Virus record (IMG/VR): IMGVR_UViG_3300032246_001967 | Coordinates: 64,325 to 128,324 of that record | Reading direction: 5' to 3' (one strand) | DNA from: a virus | Length of the DNA stretch: 64,000 nucleotides | Shown here: piece by piece, positions 9,432 through 19,639 of the stretch | Layout: each line of letters starts with the position of its first letter | Numbering within the stretch: position 1 is the stretch's first letter | The notes under the pieces: generated by a model | Seen by the model: the letters and a program-made list of their open reading frames with translations, nothing else | Told to the model about the DNA's origin: nothing | Database searches by the model: none | Translations under genes and position numbers: made by a program

Positions 9432-10718
9432 ATGTTTTGGTTAATTGAGAAGGAAGAACACCTAGAATATTTACAACAAAAAATCATCAAAGATGCTTTT
9501 GTTGAAATTATTCCTTACCATGATTATATTCATCCGGTTTTAAATGATGTGTCTCTAGTGTATATTAGACCGTTTAATGACACTAAAGGTTATATGTTAT
9601 GTATTGACCATAGTGAGACTGACTCGCTTAATAAAACGGTTATAGGCGATATACTACAAAGTATAGAGCGTGTGTGGGTGCAAGATAAAAAACAATCATT
9701 GTATTACTTTCCATTAAAATGCTTGCATGACCTATCCATAATCTCTCCTCCGTATATACAAAATACAAAAACACACAATTATTTTTATTCAAAATATCCA
9801 AATTACGAAAAAATCAATAAGCTTGTTCCGGTAAGCAAGCATTATGAAAAATGTGAGCATATTTATAATCACGTTCGTAGTGTTATACCTAAAGAGCTAC
9901 CACCATATTTTGATTTTTATAATAATAAGGTAGCGTTAGCATTTTTTGGAATAGAAAAGAACGGTATTAAAATAAATAAATATGAACTTGATAAACACTA
10001 TGAACTCAATCACGAATTTTATTCAATCAAAGGCGATCGCATTTTCACAAGTTACAATTTGGCTACAACAACACGTAGACCAAGTAACTCTTTTAATGGC
10101 ATTAATTTTGCAGCACTAAACAAAGACAATGGCGCAAGGAGGAGCTTCATATCGAGTCATGGTTTCTTGGAGTACGATATTAGTGCATACCATCCTCATC
10201 TTGTTTCTCGTATGGTTTCCTTTGATTTCGGCGATGATGATGTCCACCAAACGTTTTCCGAACTCTACGGTACGAGTTACCAAGAAGCCAAAGAGATTAC
10301 TTTCCGTCAACTTTATGGAGGAGTACAGGACGACTATAGGGAAATACCCTTTTTTATACAAGTAGAAAAATTTGTAAAAGAAAATTGGGAATCCTTTAAT
10401 AATTCAGGTCAAGTAACAGTCCCAATTTCAGGATATATCTTTGAAAAAGATAAACTGGAAAATATGAACCCACAAAAACTGTTTAACTATATGTTACAGA
10501 ATGTGGAATCAGCAGTTAATGCTTATATATTAATGGATATACATAAGTTGTTACGTGGGAGAAAGACAAAAATTGTACTTTACACTTATGATTCTTTTTT
10601 GTTTGCGCTTGGAGAAGGTGAAGAAGATATTGAACTTGAGATAAATAAAATATTTAAAAAATATAAATTAACAACTAAAACTAAAAAGGGTTATGACTAC
10701 GATTTTGCGAAGAAATAA
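9432..10718 (+). CDS. Divergent family A DNA polymerase-like protein
   Basis: TTTRRPSN (TGRLSS-like), motif A YDISAYHPHL, motif B AKEITFRQLYG, motif C TYDSF. Confidence 0.75.
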   Translation: MFWLIEKEEHLEYLQQKIIKDAFVEIIPYHDYIHPVLNDVSLVYIRPFNDTKGYMLCIDHSETDSLNKTVIGDILQSIERVWVQDKKQSLYYFPLKCLHDLSIISPPYIQNTKTHNYFYSKYPNYEKINKLVPVSKHYEKCEHIYNHVRSVIPKELPPYFDFYNNKVALAFFGIEKNGIKINKYELDKHYELNHEFYSIKGDRIFTSYNLATTTRRPSNSFNGINFAALNKDNGARRSFISSHGFLEYDISAYHPHLVSRMVSFDFGDDDVHQTFSELYGTSYQEAKEITFRQLYGGVQDDYREIPFFIQVEKFVKENWESFNNSGQVTVPISGYIFEKDKLENMNPQKLFNYMLQNVESAVNAYILMDIHKLLRGRKTKIVLYTYDSFLFALGEGEEDIELEINKIFKKYKLTTKTKKGYDYDFAKK

Positions 10719-10752
10719 ATTCTTTTGTACATTGTAGAATATTTATAGTTAT

Positions 10753-11403
10753 ATGAAAATTTGCTGTGAATGTAAAGTGGAAAAAGATTTAATTTATTTT
10801 AATAAAAATAAAAATCTTAAAGATGGTTTAAACAATAGATGTAAAACTTGTTGTAGTAATAGAAATAAAAATAGATACCAAAATAAAAAAGAAATTATAA
10901 AACAACAAACTAATTTATATTACCATAATAATAAAGAAACAATATCAGAAAAAAACAAAACTAAACCATCATACCATAAAAACAATCCAGAATATTATTC
11001 AGAATATAGAAAAAATAATATTGAAAAACAAAGACAATATTATAAACAATGGAGAGAAAAAAATACTAACATTTATAGATTAAGAATTCAAATTTGGTGG
11101 TGGATACAAAAAAGAGGAATAGAAAAAGAAGCTAAAACAGAAAAAATATTAGGATATAATTTTAAAGAATTTAAAGAAAAAATAGGTGTACCTAAATTTA
11201 ACCAACAGTTAGACCATAAAATTCCTTTAAGTTGGTTTAAAAATGAAACTCCTATAAATATACTTTTTAATTTAGAAAATCTTCATTATATTGATGAAAA
11301 TATAAACAAAACAAAATCAAACTCATATTGTGATAAAGTAAATGATGATTATAAAAAAATTATTATAAAATATATAAAAGATAAATATAAAAATAAGTTA
11401 TGA
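10753..11403 (+). CDS. HNH homing endonuclease
   Basis: N-terminal CxxC...CxxC; C-terminal LDHKIPLS...NL...N..KSN. Confidence 0.75.
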   Translation: MKICCECKVEKDLIYFNKNKNLKDGLNNRCKTCCSNRNKNRYQNKKEIIKQQTNLYYHNNKETISEKNKTKPSYHKNNPEYYSEYRKNNIEKQRQYYKQWREKNTNIYRLRIQIWWWIQKRGIEKEAKTEKILGYNFKEFKEKIGVPKFNQQLDHKIPLSWFKNETPINILFNLENLHYIDENINKTKSNSYCDKVNDDYKKIIIKYIKDKYKNKL

Positions 11404-11873
11404 AAAATATAAATTATGAAGAAACTATTAATATGTATGATGTAGACAATCGATATGATTTCGATATTTATACACATTTAGATATGCTCAACAATAAACT
11501 GTTTTGTACTTTTACAACCTTAGAAGAACTTGATGATTTAGTTAATGGAATAACTAAAGCGTACTCTATTATGTACAATAAGATGTTTGTCTTGTATGTA
11601 AAGAGTACAGATGAGTATGTAGTTACCTATAATGTAGAACAAGGTAACGTTGAGGCGATTCCTGTAAATACTATTTTAGTACATAGAAAAAAAGAAACTA
11701 ATACGCTTTATACTATTAATGCGTTGAATGATCTAATAAAAAAATTAAACGGTGGTGTAGTTGATCCTTCCTACCGTGTGAATTGGCAACATTATAAAAA
11801 CTGTATTTTGTTGACCAACCATAATGAGTTAAAACAATTGAATACAAAAGTATTTAAGATTGTTGAACTTTAG
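11400..11873 (+). CDS. Hypothetical protein next to SSB (likely start 11484)
   Basis: ORF; TATTTATA at 11465 suggests the ATG at 11484. Confidence 0.6.
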   Translation: MKNINYEETINMYDVDNRYDFDIYTHLDMLNNKLFCTFTTLEELDDLVNGITKAYSIMYNKMFVLYVKSTDEYVVTYNVEQGNVEAIPVNTILVHRKKETNTLYTINALNDLIKKLNGGVVDPSYRVNWQHYKNCILLTNHNELKQLNTKVFKIVEL

Positions 11874-11931
11874 TTTGGTTATATAACCACTCGTTCTTAT
11901 ATTTCCTATAATAAACTAATTAATTAAAATC

Positions 11932-12771
11932 ATGGACATATCAGCTATTAAACAACGACTAAATGCTTTACAGTCGACTAACAACACAAGCAAGAGAGAA
12001 AAAATTGATTACTCAAAAGTTTACTGGAAACCAAAAGAAGAAGGCAAGTACCAAATTCGTATTGTGCCATCTAAATTGGACCCTAAAAACCCATTTCAGG
12101 AGGTTTTTGTACACTATGGGTTCGGAAAATTTCCTATTTTTGCTTTAACTAACTGGGGTGAAAAAGACCCAATCGTAGAATTTGCTTCTCAATTGAGAAA
12201 AACTAATGACAAAGAAAATTGGTCATTGGCTAAAAAATTGGACCCAAAATTGAGGGTTTATGCTCCTGTTATTGTTAGAGGTGAAGAAGAAAAAGGTGTT
12301 CGCCTTTGGGAATTTGGTAAAGAAATTTACTTGCAACTTCTAGGTATCGCTGAGGATGAAGATTATGGTGATTACACAGACATCAATGAAGGTAGAGACT
12401 TTACAGTAGACGCTGTTAAAGGTGATGTAGGTGGTCGTCAAGGAATCAAATGCTCAATCAGAATTAAACCTAAAACAACTGCTTTGAGTGCTGACGCTTC
12501 TCAAGTTCAAAAATTTCTTTCAGAACAACCAAGTATTTTAGAAATTCAAAGAAAAATGGATTTTGATGCTTTGAAAGAAGTATTGCAAAATTGGTTGTCA
12601 CCTGAAGATGCTGGTGATGATGTTGAAGAAGTAGAAGATGAGGTAATTGAAGCTCAAGCTCCAACAAAAGCTTATGCTTTGAAAACACCTATGGCTCCTA
12701 AAGCCAACAAAGCAGATCAATTCGATTCATTGTTTATTGATGAAGACGAAGACAACGATCTACCTTTCTAA
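11932..12771 (+). CDS. ssb: Single-stranded DNA-binding protein (gp32-like)
   Basis: YWKP...IRIVP, acidic tail ending DEDEDNDLPF; adjacent to the recombinase. Confidence 0.8.
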   Translation: MDISAIKQRLNALQSTNNTSKREKIDYSKVYWKPKEEGKYQIRIVPSKLDPKNPFQEVFVHYGFGKFPIFALTNWGEKDPIVEFASQLRKTNDKENWSLAKKLDPKLRVYAPVIVRGEEEKGVRLWEFGKEIYLQLLGIAEDEDYGDYTDINEGRDFTVDAVKGDVGGRQGIKCSIRIKPKTTALSADASQVQKFLSEQPSILEIQRKMDFDALKEVLQNWLSPEDAGDDVEEVEDEVIEAQAPTKAYALKTPMAPKANKADQFDSLFIDEDEDNDLPF

Positions 12772-12790
12772 TTAAAAATTAAAGTTATTT

Positions 12791-13885
12791 ATGCCAAGAC
12801 CTAAAAAAAGCGAATCGCTAACGGAAGCCGTATCCGCGGAAATTAAATCTAATTTCAGCCTTGATAAATTCAAGGAAAAGAAATTGCTAAATGGAACAGT
12901 TAAGTTCAAAGAACAAAGATGGATTCCATTCTCAAAAGCTCTACAAGATTCAATTTCTGTAGCCGGTGCTCCAATGGGTCACATTACTTTATTAAGAGGA
13001 CACAGTAATACAGGTAAGACTACAGCATTACTTGAGTTAGCAATTAGCGCTCAAAAAATGAATATCTTACCTGTATTCATTATTACAGAAATGAAATGGT
13101 CATGGGAACACGCTCGTACAATGGGTTTCCAACTTGATGATGTAGTTGATGAAACTACAGGAGAAGTAGTTGACCATACTGGGTTCTTTATTTATCGTGA
13201 TAGGACAACATTGGGTACTATCGAGGATGTAGCTGATTTTGTTTTAGATTTGCTAGACGAACAGAAAAAAGGTAATTTACCTTACGATTTATGCTTCTTC
13301 TGGGATTCAATTGGTTCAATACCATGTAAAATGAGTGTTGAAGCTAATAAAAACAATCCTATGTGGAATGCAGGCGCTATGTCACAACAATTTGGAAATT
13401 TTGTTAACCAACGTTTCCCATTGTCTAGAAAAGAAAATTCACCATACACCAACACAATGGTAGCTATTAATAAAATCTGGGTTGCTCCAGCTGAAAATAT
13501 TATGGCTCAACCTAAAATGAAGATGAAAAATGGTGAAACTATGTTTTTGGATGCTTCAATTGTATTAACTTTTGGTAATATTACTAATAGTGGTACAAGT
13601 AAAATTAAAGCAACTAAAGACGGTAAAGAAGTAGAATTTGCTGTAAGAACGAAAGTATCATGTGATAAAAATCACGTAACAGGACTACAAACTAAAAGTA
13701 CAGTTGTAGCAACTATTCATGGTTTTATTTCAGATGATAAAAAAGACATCGATACTTACAAGAAAGCACATTCTAGTGAGTGGAAAAACATCTTAGGAGA
13801 TGGTAGCTTTGATATTATTGAAGATACCTCAGATTGGGATGAATCATCAAAAGATATTCCTTTGAATTTGATTGATGAAGAATAA
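12791..13885 (+). CDS. recA: RecA/UvsX-like recombinase
   Basis: Walker A GHSNTGKTT, Walker B FFWDS. Confidence 0.85.
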   Translation: MPRPKKSESLTEAVSAEIKSNFSLDKFKEKKLLNGTVKFKEQRWIPFSKALQDSISVAGAPMGHITLLRGHSNTGKTTALLELAISAQKMNILPVFIITEMKWSWEHARTMGFQLDDVVDETTGEVVDHTGFFIYRDRTTLGTIEDVADFVLDLLDEQKKGNLPYDLCFFWDSIGSIPCKMSVEANKNNPMWNAGAMSQQFGNFVNQRFPLSRKENSPYTNTMVAINKIWVAPAENIMAQPKMKMKNGETMFLDASIVLTFGNITNSGTSKIKATKDGKEVEFAVRTKVSCDKNHVTGLQTKSTVVATIHGFISDDKKDIDTYKKAHSSEWKNILGDGSFDIIEDTSDWDESSKDIPLNLIDEE

Positions 13886-13924
13886 GCTTGGCCTATTCGA
13901 AAAAATTTGTTATATTTGAATAAC

Positions 13925-14962
13925 ATGAAGAAAAATGATCTATTAAACCTTCTAGGTAAGGTAACCAAAGAAGAAGAAATAATCACAAACCCATATGAGC
14001 GTGTATTGCTTATTGATGGTTTGAATTTATTTTTTAGAAACTTTGCAATGATGAAAATGGTTAACCAAGACGGTGCTCATATTGGTGGCCTAGGAGGTTT
14101 TTTAAGATCGTTAAATTATCTAATTAACCAACTTCAACCAACTTCAGTCTATGTTGTGTTTGATGGTGCTGGTTCATCTACTAATCGGAAAAATTTATTG
14201 TCTGAATATAAATCAGGTAGAAATTTAGTTAGGATTACTAATTGGGATATTTTTGATTCGTTAGAAGAAGAACATGATTCTAAAATTAACCAAACAGTTA
14301 GATTAATTCATTATCTAAAATGTTTGCCTGTTAAAACAATTAGTATGAATAAGGTAGAAGCCGATGATATTATCGCCTATCTAAGTAATACATTGTCTAA
14401 TAAACATGATTCTAAGGTTTTCATAGTATCTAACGACCAAGACTTTATTCAATTAGTAAACGATAAAATAACAGTATATAGACCAGCTGAAAAAGAATTT
14501 TACACTAAAGATATGGTTAAAAATAACTATGGTGTATTATCTGAAAATTTTATTCTATATAAAACATTATTAGGAGATCAATCAGATAAAGTAGGAGGTA
14601 TTAAAGGTTTAGGTAAAAAAGGTATTATTAAAAAATTCCCTGAATTGCTTGAACGTCCTTTAACTTTTGATGAACTAATGGATATAGCAGAGGCTAAACT
14701 TAAAGAGCATGTTATTTACGCTAGAATACTCCAAGATGAAGATAGACTGAAGAATAATTTCAAAATTATGGATTTAGGTAAACCACTTGTTGATGAAGTT
14801 GAAAAACAATATATAGAAGAGTTTACACAAGAATCCGCTCCAGCTTTGAATACCAAAGCATTTATGTTACTTTATAATGAAGATGGGTTAGGTAGACTAA
14901 TGAAAGACCCAGAATTAACAATTAACAACACATTTAAAGTATTAAACAGTTTTAAAAAATAA
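13925..14962 (+). CDS. 5'-3' exonuclease / flap endonuclease
   Basis: LLIDGLN, VVFDG, EADDIIA, SNDQDF, GDQSD motifs; ATG at 13925 follows a promoter. Confidence 0.9.
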   Translation: MKKNDLLNLLGKVTKEEEIITNPYERVLLIDGLNLFFRNFAMMKMVNQDGAHIGGLGGFLRSLNYLINQLQPTSVYVVFDGAGSSTNRKNLLSEYKSGRNLVRITNWDIFDSLEEEHDSKINQTVRLIHYLKCLPVKTISMNKVEADDIIAYLSNTLSNKHDSKVFIVSNDQDFIQLVNDKITVYRPAEKEFYTKDMVKNNYGVLSENFILYKTLLGDQSDKVGGIKGLGKKGIIKKFPELLERPLTFDELMDIAEAKLKEHVIYARILQDEDRLKNNFKIMDLGKPLVDEVEKQYIEEFTQESAPALNTKAFMLLYNEDGLGRLMKDPELTINNTFKVLNSFKK

Positions 14963-14999
14963 GTTAATTTTTATAATTTTAAGCATATTTGTTATTGTA

Positions 15000-15713
15000 A
15001 TGAATTATCAAAAAATTTATGATCAAATAACAGAAAGAGCTAAAATAAGAAAATTAGAAGGTTACAAAGAAAAACATCATATTATACCAAAATGTTTAGG
15101 TGGTTCAAATGATAAAGAAAATTTAGTTGAATTAACAGCTAGAGAACATTTTTTATGTCATAAATTGCTTTGCAAAATTTATCCTAATGAAACTAAATTA
15201 TGGTATGCTTTATGGTTAATGGCTATTGGAAAAAATAGACAAAGTAATCTTTCATCTTACAAAATTTCTAGTAGAAGTTATGAGCAAACTAAATTAGAGT
15301 TTATTGAAAAAATAAAAGGTAGAAAAATGTCTTTAAAAACTAAAGAAAAAATAAAAAACACTAAACATAATATAGATATGTCTGATTTTTATACTCCAGA
15401 AGTAAGAAAAAAGATGTCTGAAACTAAAAAAGGTAAAAAAATTCATACCGATGAATCTAAACAAAAAATAAGTAAATCTAAAAAAGGAAAAACTAGAAAT
15501 ATTATGTGGGGAAATAAAATAAGTGAGTCTAAAAAAGGTAAATCTAAAAAAGGTAAATCTATAATTCAAATAGATCCTGTAACTAAAGAAGTTATAAATA
15601 TTTTTTCTTCTATTAATGAAGCAATACAAAAAACAGGAATAAAAAGTATTTCTAGTAATTTAATAGGAAAAACAAAAACTTCAGGGGGCTATATTTGGCA
15701 ATATAAAAAATAA
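15000..15713 (+). CDS. HNH homing endonuclease with NUMOD repeats
   Basis: EKHHIIPKCLGG...NLVELTAREHFLCH; NUMOD3-like repeats; C-terminal GGYIW. Confidence 0.85.
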   Translation: MNYQKIYDQITERAKIRKLEGYKEKHHIIPKCLGGSNDKENLVELTAREHFLCHKLLCKIYPNETKLWYALWLMAIGKNRQSNLSSYKISSRSYEQTKLEFIEKIKGRKMSLKTKEKIKNTKHNIDMSDFYTPEVRKKMSETKKGKKIHTDESKQKISKSKKGKTRNIMWGNKISESKKGKSKKGKSIIQIDPVTKEVINIFSSINEAIQKTGIKSISSNLIGKTKTSGGYIWQYKK

Positions 15714-15736
15714 TAATTATATTAAAAATAAAAGTT

Positions 15737-17098
15737 ATGACACTCAATTCATTAAATGCCTACGGGCCATCATTTCAAATAAAAGTAATATCTGCTTTAT
15801 TAACTCATAAAGAATTCTTACTTAATATACAAGACGTATTGAGTGAAGAATATTTTGATAATAATGCTCAAAAATGGATTATTAAAGAAATTTTAAAATA
15901 TTATCAAAAATATCATTGTACTGTTTCAATGGATGTTCTTAAAGTAGAACTGAAAAAAATTGATAATGAGGTGTTACAAGTTTCTATTAAAGAACAATTA
16001 AGAGAAGCATATAAAGCCTCAGACGAAGATTTAAAGTATGTTGAGGAAGAATTTTCTGGTTTTTGTAAAAACCAACAGTTGAAAAAAGCACTATTAACAA
16101 GTGTAGATTTCTTAAATGCGGGTGATTATGACTCAATTAGATTTATGATTGACAGTGCTTTAAAAGCAGGTGGTGATAAAAATATGGGTCATGAATATAA
16201 TAAAGATGTTGAATCAAGATATAGAGAAGATCACAGAACAGTTGTACCTACTCCTTGGATTGAATTTAATGAATTGTTACAAGGTGGTTTAGGTAATGGT
16301 GATTTTGGATTAATATTTGGTAATCCAGGTGGTGGTAAATCTTGGTCATTAGTTGCTTTAGGTGGACACGCTGTTAAATTAGGTTACAATGTACTGCATT
16401 ATACTCTAGAATTAGGTTCAGATTATGTAGGACGAAGATATGACGCCTTTTTTACAGGTGTAGGAGTTCAAAATATTACTAAACATCAAGCTCAAGTTGA
16501 AGAAGTAGTTGAACAATTACCAGGACAATTGATTATTAAAGAATATCCAACAGGTAAAGCATCTATTTCAACTATTGAATCGCATGTTAAAAAATGTATG
16601 GACTTAGATTTCAAACCAGATTTGATTATTATTGACTATGTAGATCTTCTTCGCTCAAAAAGAAATAATCGTGAGCGTAAGGACGAAATAGATGATATTT
16701 ATATTAGCACTAAGGGACTTGCTAGAGAATTAAACTTACCTATTTGGAGTGTATCTCAAGTAAACAGAGCAGGTGCAAAAGATGACATTATTGAAGGTGA
16801 TAAAGCTGCTGGTAGCTATGATAAAATGATGGTTACTGATGTAGCAATATCCTTATCAAGAAAACGTCAAGATAAAGTAAATGGGACAGGAAGATTTCAT
16901 ATTATGAAAAACAGATACGGAATGGACGGTATGACATTCTCGGTTAAAGCTGACACATCTAATGGTCACTTTGAAGTCTCTGCCCAACTTGAGGACGATG
17001 AAGATTCTACTCCTGCTCAAAGTAATAGTTTTGGTAACATTGATGCTGTAGATAAAGCCCTTATTAAACAAAGATTTTTCGAACTACAAACAAATTAA
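15737..17098 (+). CDS. dnaB: Replicative DNA helicase (DnaB/gp41 family)
   Basis: GNPGGGKS, IIIDYVD, SQVNR, KNRYG motifs. Confidence 0.9.
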   Translation: MTLNSLNAYGPSFQIKVISALLTHKEFLLNIQDVLSEEYFDNNAQKWIIKEILKYYQKYHCTVSMDVLKVELKKIDNEVLQVSIKEQLREAYKASDEDLKYVEEEFSGFCKNQQLKKALLTSVDFLNAGDYDSIRFMIDSALKAGGDKNMGHEYNKDVESRYREDHRTVVPTPWIEFNELLQGGLGNGDFGLIFGNPGGGKSWSLVALGGHAVKLGYNVLHYTLELGSDYVGRRYDAFFTGVGVQNITKHQAQVEEVVEQLPGQLIIKEYPTGKASISTIESHVKKCMDLDFKPDLIIIDYVDLLRSKRNNRERKDEIDDIYISTKGLARELNLPIWSVSQVNRAGAKDDIIEGDKAAGSYDKMMVTDVAISLSRKRQDKVNGTGRFHIMKNRYGMDGMTFSVKADTSNGHFEVSAQLEDDEDSTPAQSNSFGNIDAVDKALIKQRFFELQTN

Positions 17099-17114
17099 AT
17101 TATTAAAAAAACAA

Positions 17115-18971
17115 ATGTTAACCACAGAATCACAAATTTTGTCTGAGATCACTACTCACCTTAAATATGCCAAATTCGTTCCTGAAAAGCATAGACGGGA
17201 AACATGGGATGAGTTAGTTACAAGAAACAAAGAAATGCACTTAGCAAAGTTTCCCTTACTGGCTGAAGAAATTGAAGCCGCGTACAAGTATGTTTATGAT
17301 AAGAAAGTATTACCATCAATGCGTTCAATGCAGTTTGCTGGTAAGCCTATTGAAATAAACAACGCTCGTATTTTTAACTGTTCTTATTTACCAATTGATG
17401 ATTATAGAGCATTTTCTGAAATCATGTTCTTATTACTTTCAGGTTGTGGAGTAGGATATTCAGTTCAAACTCATCATGTTGAAAAATTACCTGAGATTAG
17501 AAAACCACTTAAATCAAAACGTTATTTAGTAGGTGATTCTATTGAAGGATGGGCTGATGCAGTTAGAATGTTAACTAAAGCTTATTTTGGTTTTACATCA
17601 ACTGCTCCATTATTTGATTTTAGAGATATTAGAGCAAAAGGGGCTTCATTAATCACTGTGGGAGGTAAAGCACCCGGTCCAGAACCATTAAAAATTGCTT
17701 TGATTCATATGCAAGCGATTTTAGACCGTAAACAAGATGGTGAGAGATTAACAACAGTTGAATGTCATGATATTATTTGCCATTTAGCAGATGCTGTTTT
17801 ATCCGGAGGAATTCGTAGAGCTGCTCTTATTGCGTTATTTAATTTACATGATGAAAATATGTTGACTTGTAAATTTGGAAATTGGTGGGAAGATAATCCA
17901 CAAAGAGGTAGAGCAAATAACTCAGCAGTATTACTTCGTAATAAAATTGACAAAGACACATTTTTAAATCTTTGGAAGAAAATTGAAGCATCTAATAGTG
18001 GTGAACCAGGCTTCTTATTTACAAATGATAAAGATGCAGGAACTAATCCATGTGCTGAAATTAATTTGAAAGCTAATCAATTCTGTAACTTATGTGAAAT
18101 CAATGCTTCAGATATTGAAACACAAGAAGAATATAATGCGAGAGCTAAAGCAGCAGCATTTATCGGTACATTACAAGCTTCATATACTGATTTCCATTAT
18201 TTGAGAGACATTTGGAGAAAAACAACTGAAAAAGAAGCATTATTAGGTATTGGAATGACAGGTATCGCTTCAGGCGCTGTATTTAAATTAAACATGAAGG
18301 AAGCAGCTAAAGTAGCAGTAGCAGAAAACGAAAGAGTAGCAGCTATTTTAGGTATTAATAAAGCAGCTCGTGTTACAACAGTTAAACCATCAGGAACTAC
18401 TTCATTAGTGTTAGGTACTAGTTCAGGTATTCACGCTTGGCATGATGATTTCTATTTACGTAGAATCCGTTTAGGTAAAAATGAAGCATTATATACTTAC
18501 CTAAGTGTGTATCATCCTGAAATGTTAGAAGATGATTTCTTTAAACCAACATTACAATCTATTGTTGCTGTTCCTCAACGTGCTCCAGAAGGTGCTATTA
18601 CTCGTAAAGAATCAGCTATGGATTTATTAGAGCGTATTAAAACCATTAATAAAGAATGGATTAAACCAGGACATAGAAAAGGAGCTAATATGCATAACGT
18701 ATCTGCTACAGTAACTATTAAACATGATGAATGGGATATGGTAGGAGATTGGTTATATGAAAATAAAGAGTATTTTACTGCGTTATCTTTCTTACCATTT
18801 GATGGACACACTTATAAACAAGCCCCTTATGAAACAATTACTGAAGAGCAATTCAATGAAGCCGTTAAATCACTTCATAAAGTAGATCTTTCTAAAGTAA
18901 TTGAAATGACAGACAACACAGCTTTGATGGACCAACAAGCGTGTATAGGAGGAGCCTGCGAAATAGTGTAA
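17115..18971 (+). CDS. nrdJ: Class II (adenosylcobalamin) ribonucleotide reductase
   Basis: FNCS, TNPCAEI, VKPSGT, C-terminal CIGGACEI; no beta subunit nearby. Confidence 0.85.
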   Translation: MLTTESQILSEITTHLKYAKFVPEKHRRETWDELVTRNKEMHLAKFPLLAEEIEAAYKYVYDKKVLPSMRSMQFAGKPIEINNARIFNCSYLPIDDYRAFSEIMFLLLSGCGVGYSVQTHHVEKLPEIRKPLKSKRYLVGDSIEGWADAVRMLTKAYFGFTSTAPLFDFRDIRAKGASLITVGGKAPGPEPLKIALIHMQAILDRKQDGERLTTVECHDIICHLADAVLSGGIRRAALIALFNLHDENMLTCKFGNWWEDNPQRGRANNSAVLLRNKIDKDTFLNLWKKIEASNSGEPGFLFTNDKDAGTNPCAEINLKANQFCNLCEINASDIETQEEYNARAKAAAFIGTLQASYTDFHYLRDIWRKTTEKEALLGIGMTGIASGAVFKLNMKEAAKVAVAENERVAAILGINKAARVTTVKPSGTTSLVLGTSSGIHAWHDDFYLRRIRLGKNEALYTYLSVYHPEMLEDDFFKPTLQSIVAVPQRAPEGAITRKESAMDLLERIKTINKEWIKPGHRKGANMHNVSATVTIKHDEWDMVGDWLYENKEYFTALSFLPFDGHTYKQAPYETITEEQFNEAVKSLHKVDLSKVIEMTDNTALMDQQACIGGACEIV

Positions 18972-19003
18972 AAAAAACGCTTGATTTAAAATCCAACGCC
19001 TTT

Positions 19004-19039
19004 TGAGACTCCGTAATATTTATAATAAACGGAGTCTCA
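19004..19039 (+). promoter_or_regulatory. 11-bp hairpin enclosing TATTTATA just upstream of an endonuclease start
   Basis: TGAGACTCCGT (19004-19014) / ACGGAGTCTCA (19029-19039); ATG at 19042. Confidence 0.75.
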
Positions 19040-19041
19040 TT

Positions 19042-19638
19042 ATGCGTAAATCAAAATATGAAAATTATTTCAAATTAGGACAAAAATTTGGAAAATGGGA
19101 AATTATAGATACTGATATTATCCCACATGAAAAAACAAAAGAATCTCAAATAAAATGTCAATGTAATTGTGGATTTGAAAAATTAGTTTATTGTCTTACT
19201 TTAGTAAAAGGACAATCAACTGCTTGTTTTAATTGTGGTCATGGTAATAAAGGTGAATCTAATTCTAAATGGAAAGGATATAAAGAGGTACCTGGGGCTT
19301 TTATTAATAGAATAACAAATAGGAGTAAAAAAGCAAATAGAGAAGTAGAAATAACTGCTGAAGATATATATAATCTTTGGATAAAACAGAATAAAAAATG
19401 TGCCTTATCCGGTTTACCTATTGATTTTATTAATACAAATCCAGGTAATATTAATAGAAAAGAAAGTAAATACGATTTAATATGTACCGCTTCTTTAGAC
19501 AGAATAGATTCAAACAAAGGATATATAAAAGATAATATCCAGTTAGTACATAAAGATGTAAATATGATAAAAAAAGAATATGATCAAAATTATTTTTTAA
19601 ATCTTTGTAAACTTATAACAGAACATAATATTTATTAA
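19042..19638 (+). CDS. His-Me finger homing endonuclease-like protein
   Basis: GQKFGKW...CQCNCG; CALSG...ASLDRIDSNKGYIKDNIQLVHKDVNMIK. Confidence 0.75.
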   Translation: MRKSKYENYFKLGQKFGKWEIIDTDIIPHEKTKESQIKCQCNCGFEKLVYCLTLVKGQSTACFNCGHGNKGESNSKWKGYKEVPGAFINRITNRSKKANREVEITAEDIYNLWIKQNKKCALSGLPIDFINTNPGNINRKESKYDLICTASLDRIDSNKGYIKDNIQLVHKDVNMIKKEYDQNYFLNLCKLITEHNIY

Positions 19639-19639
19639 C

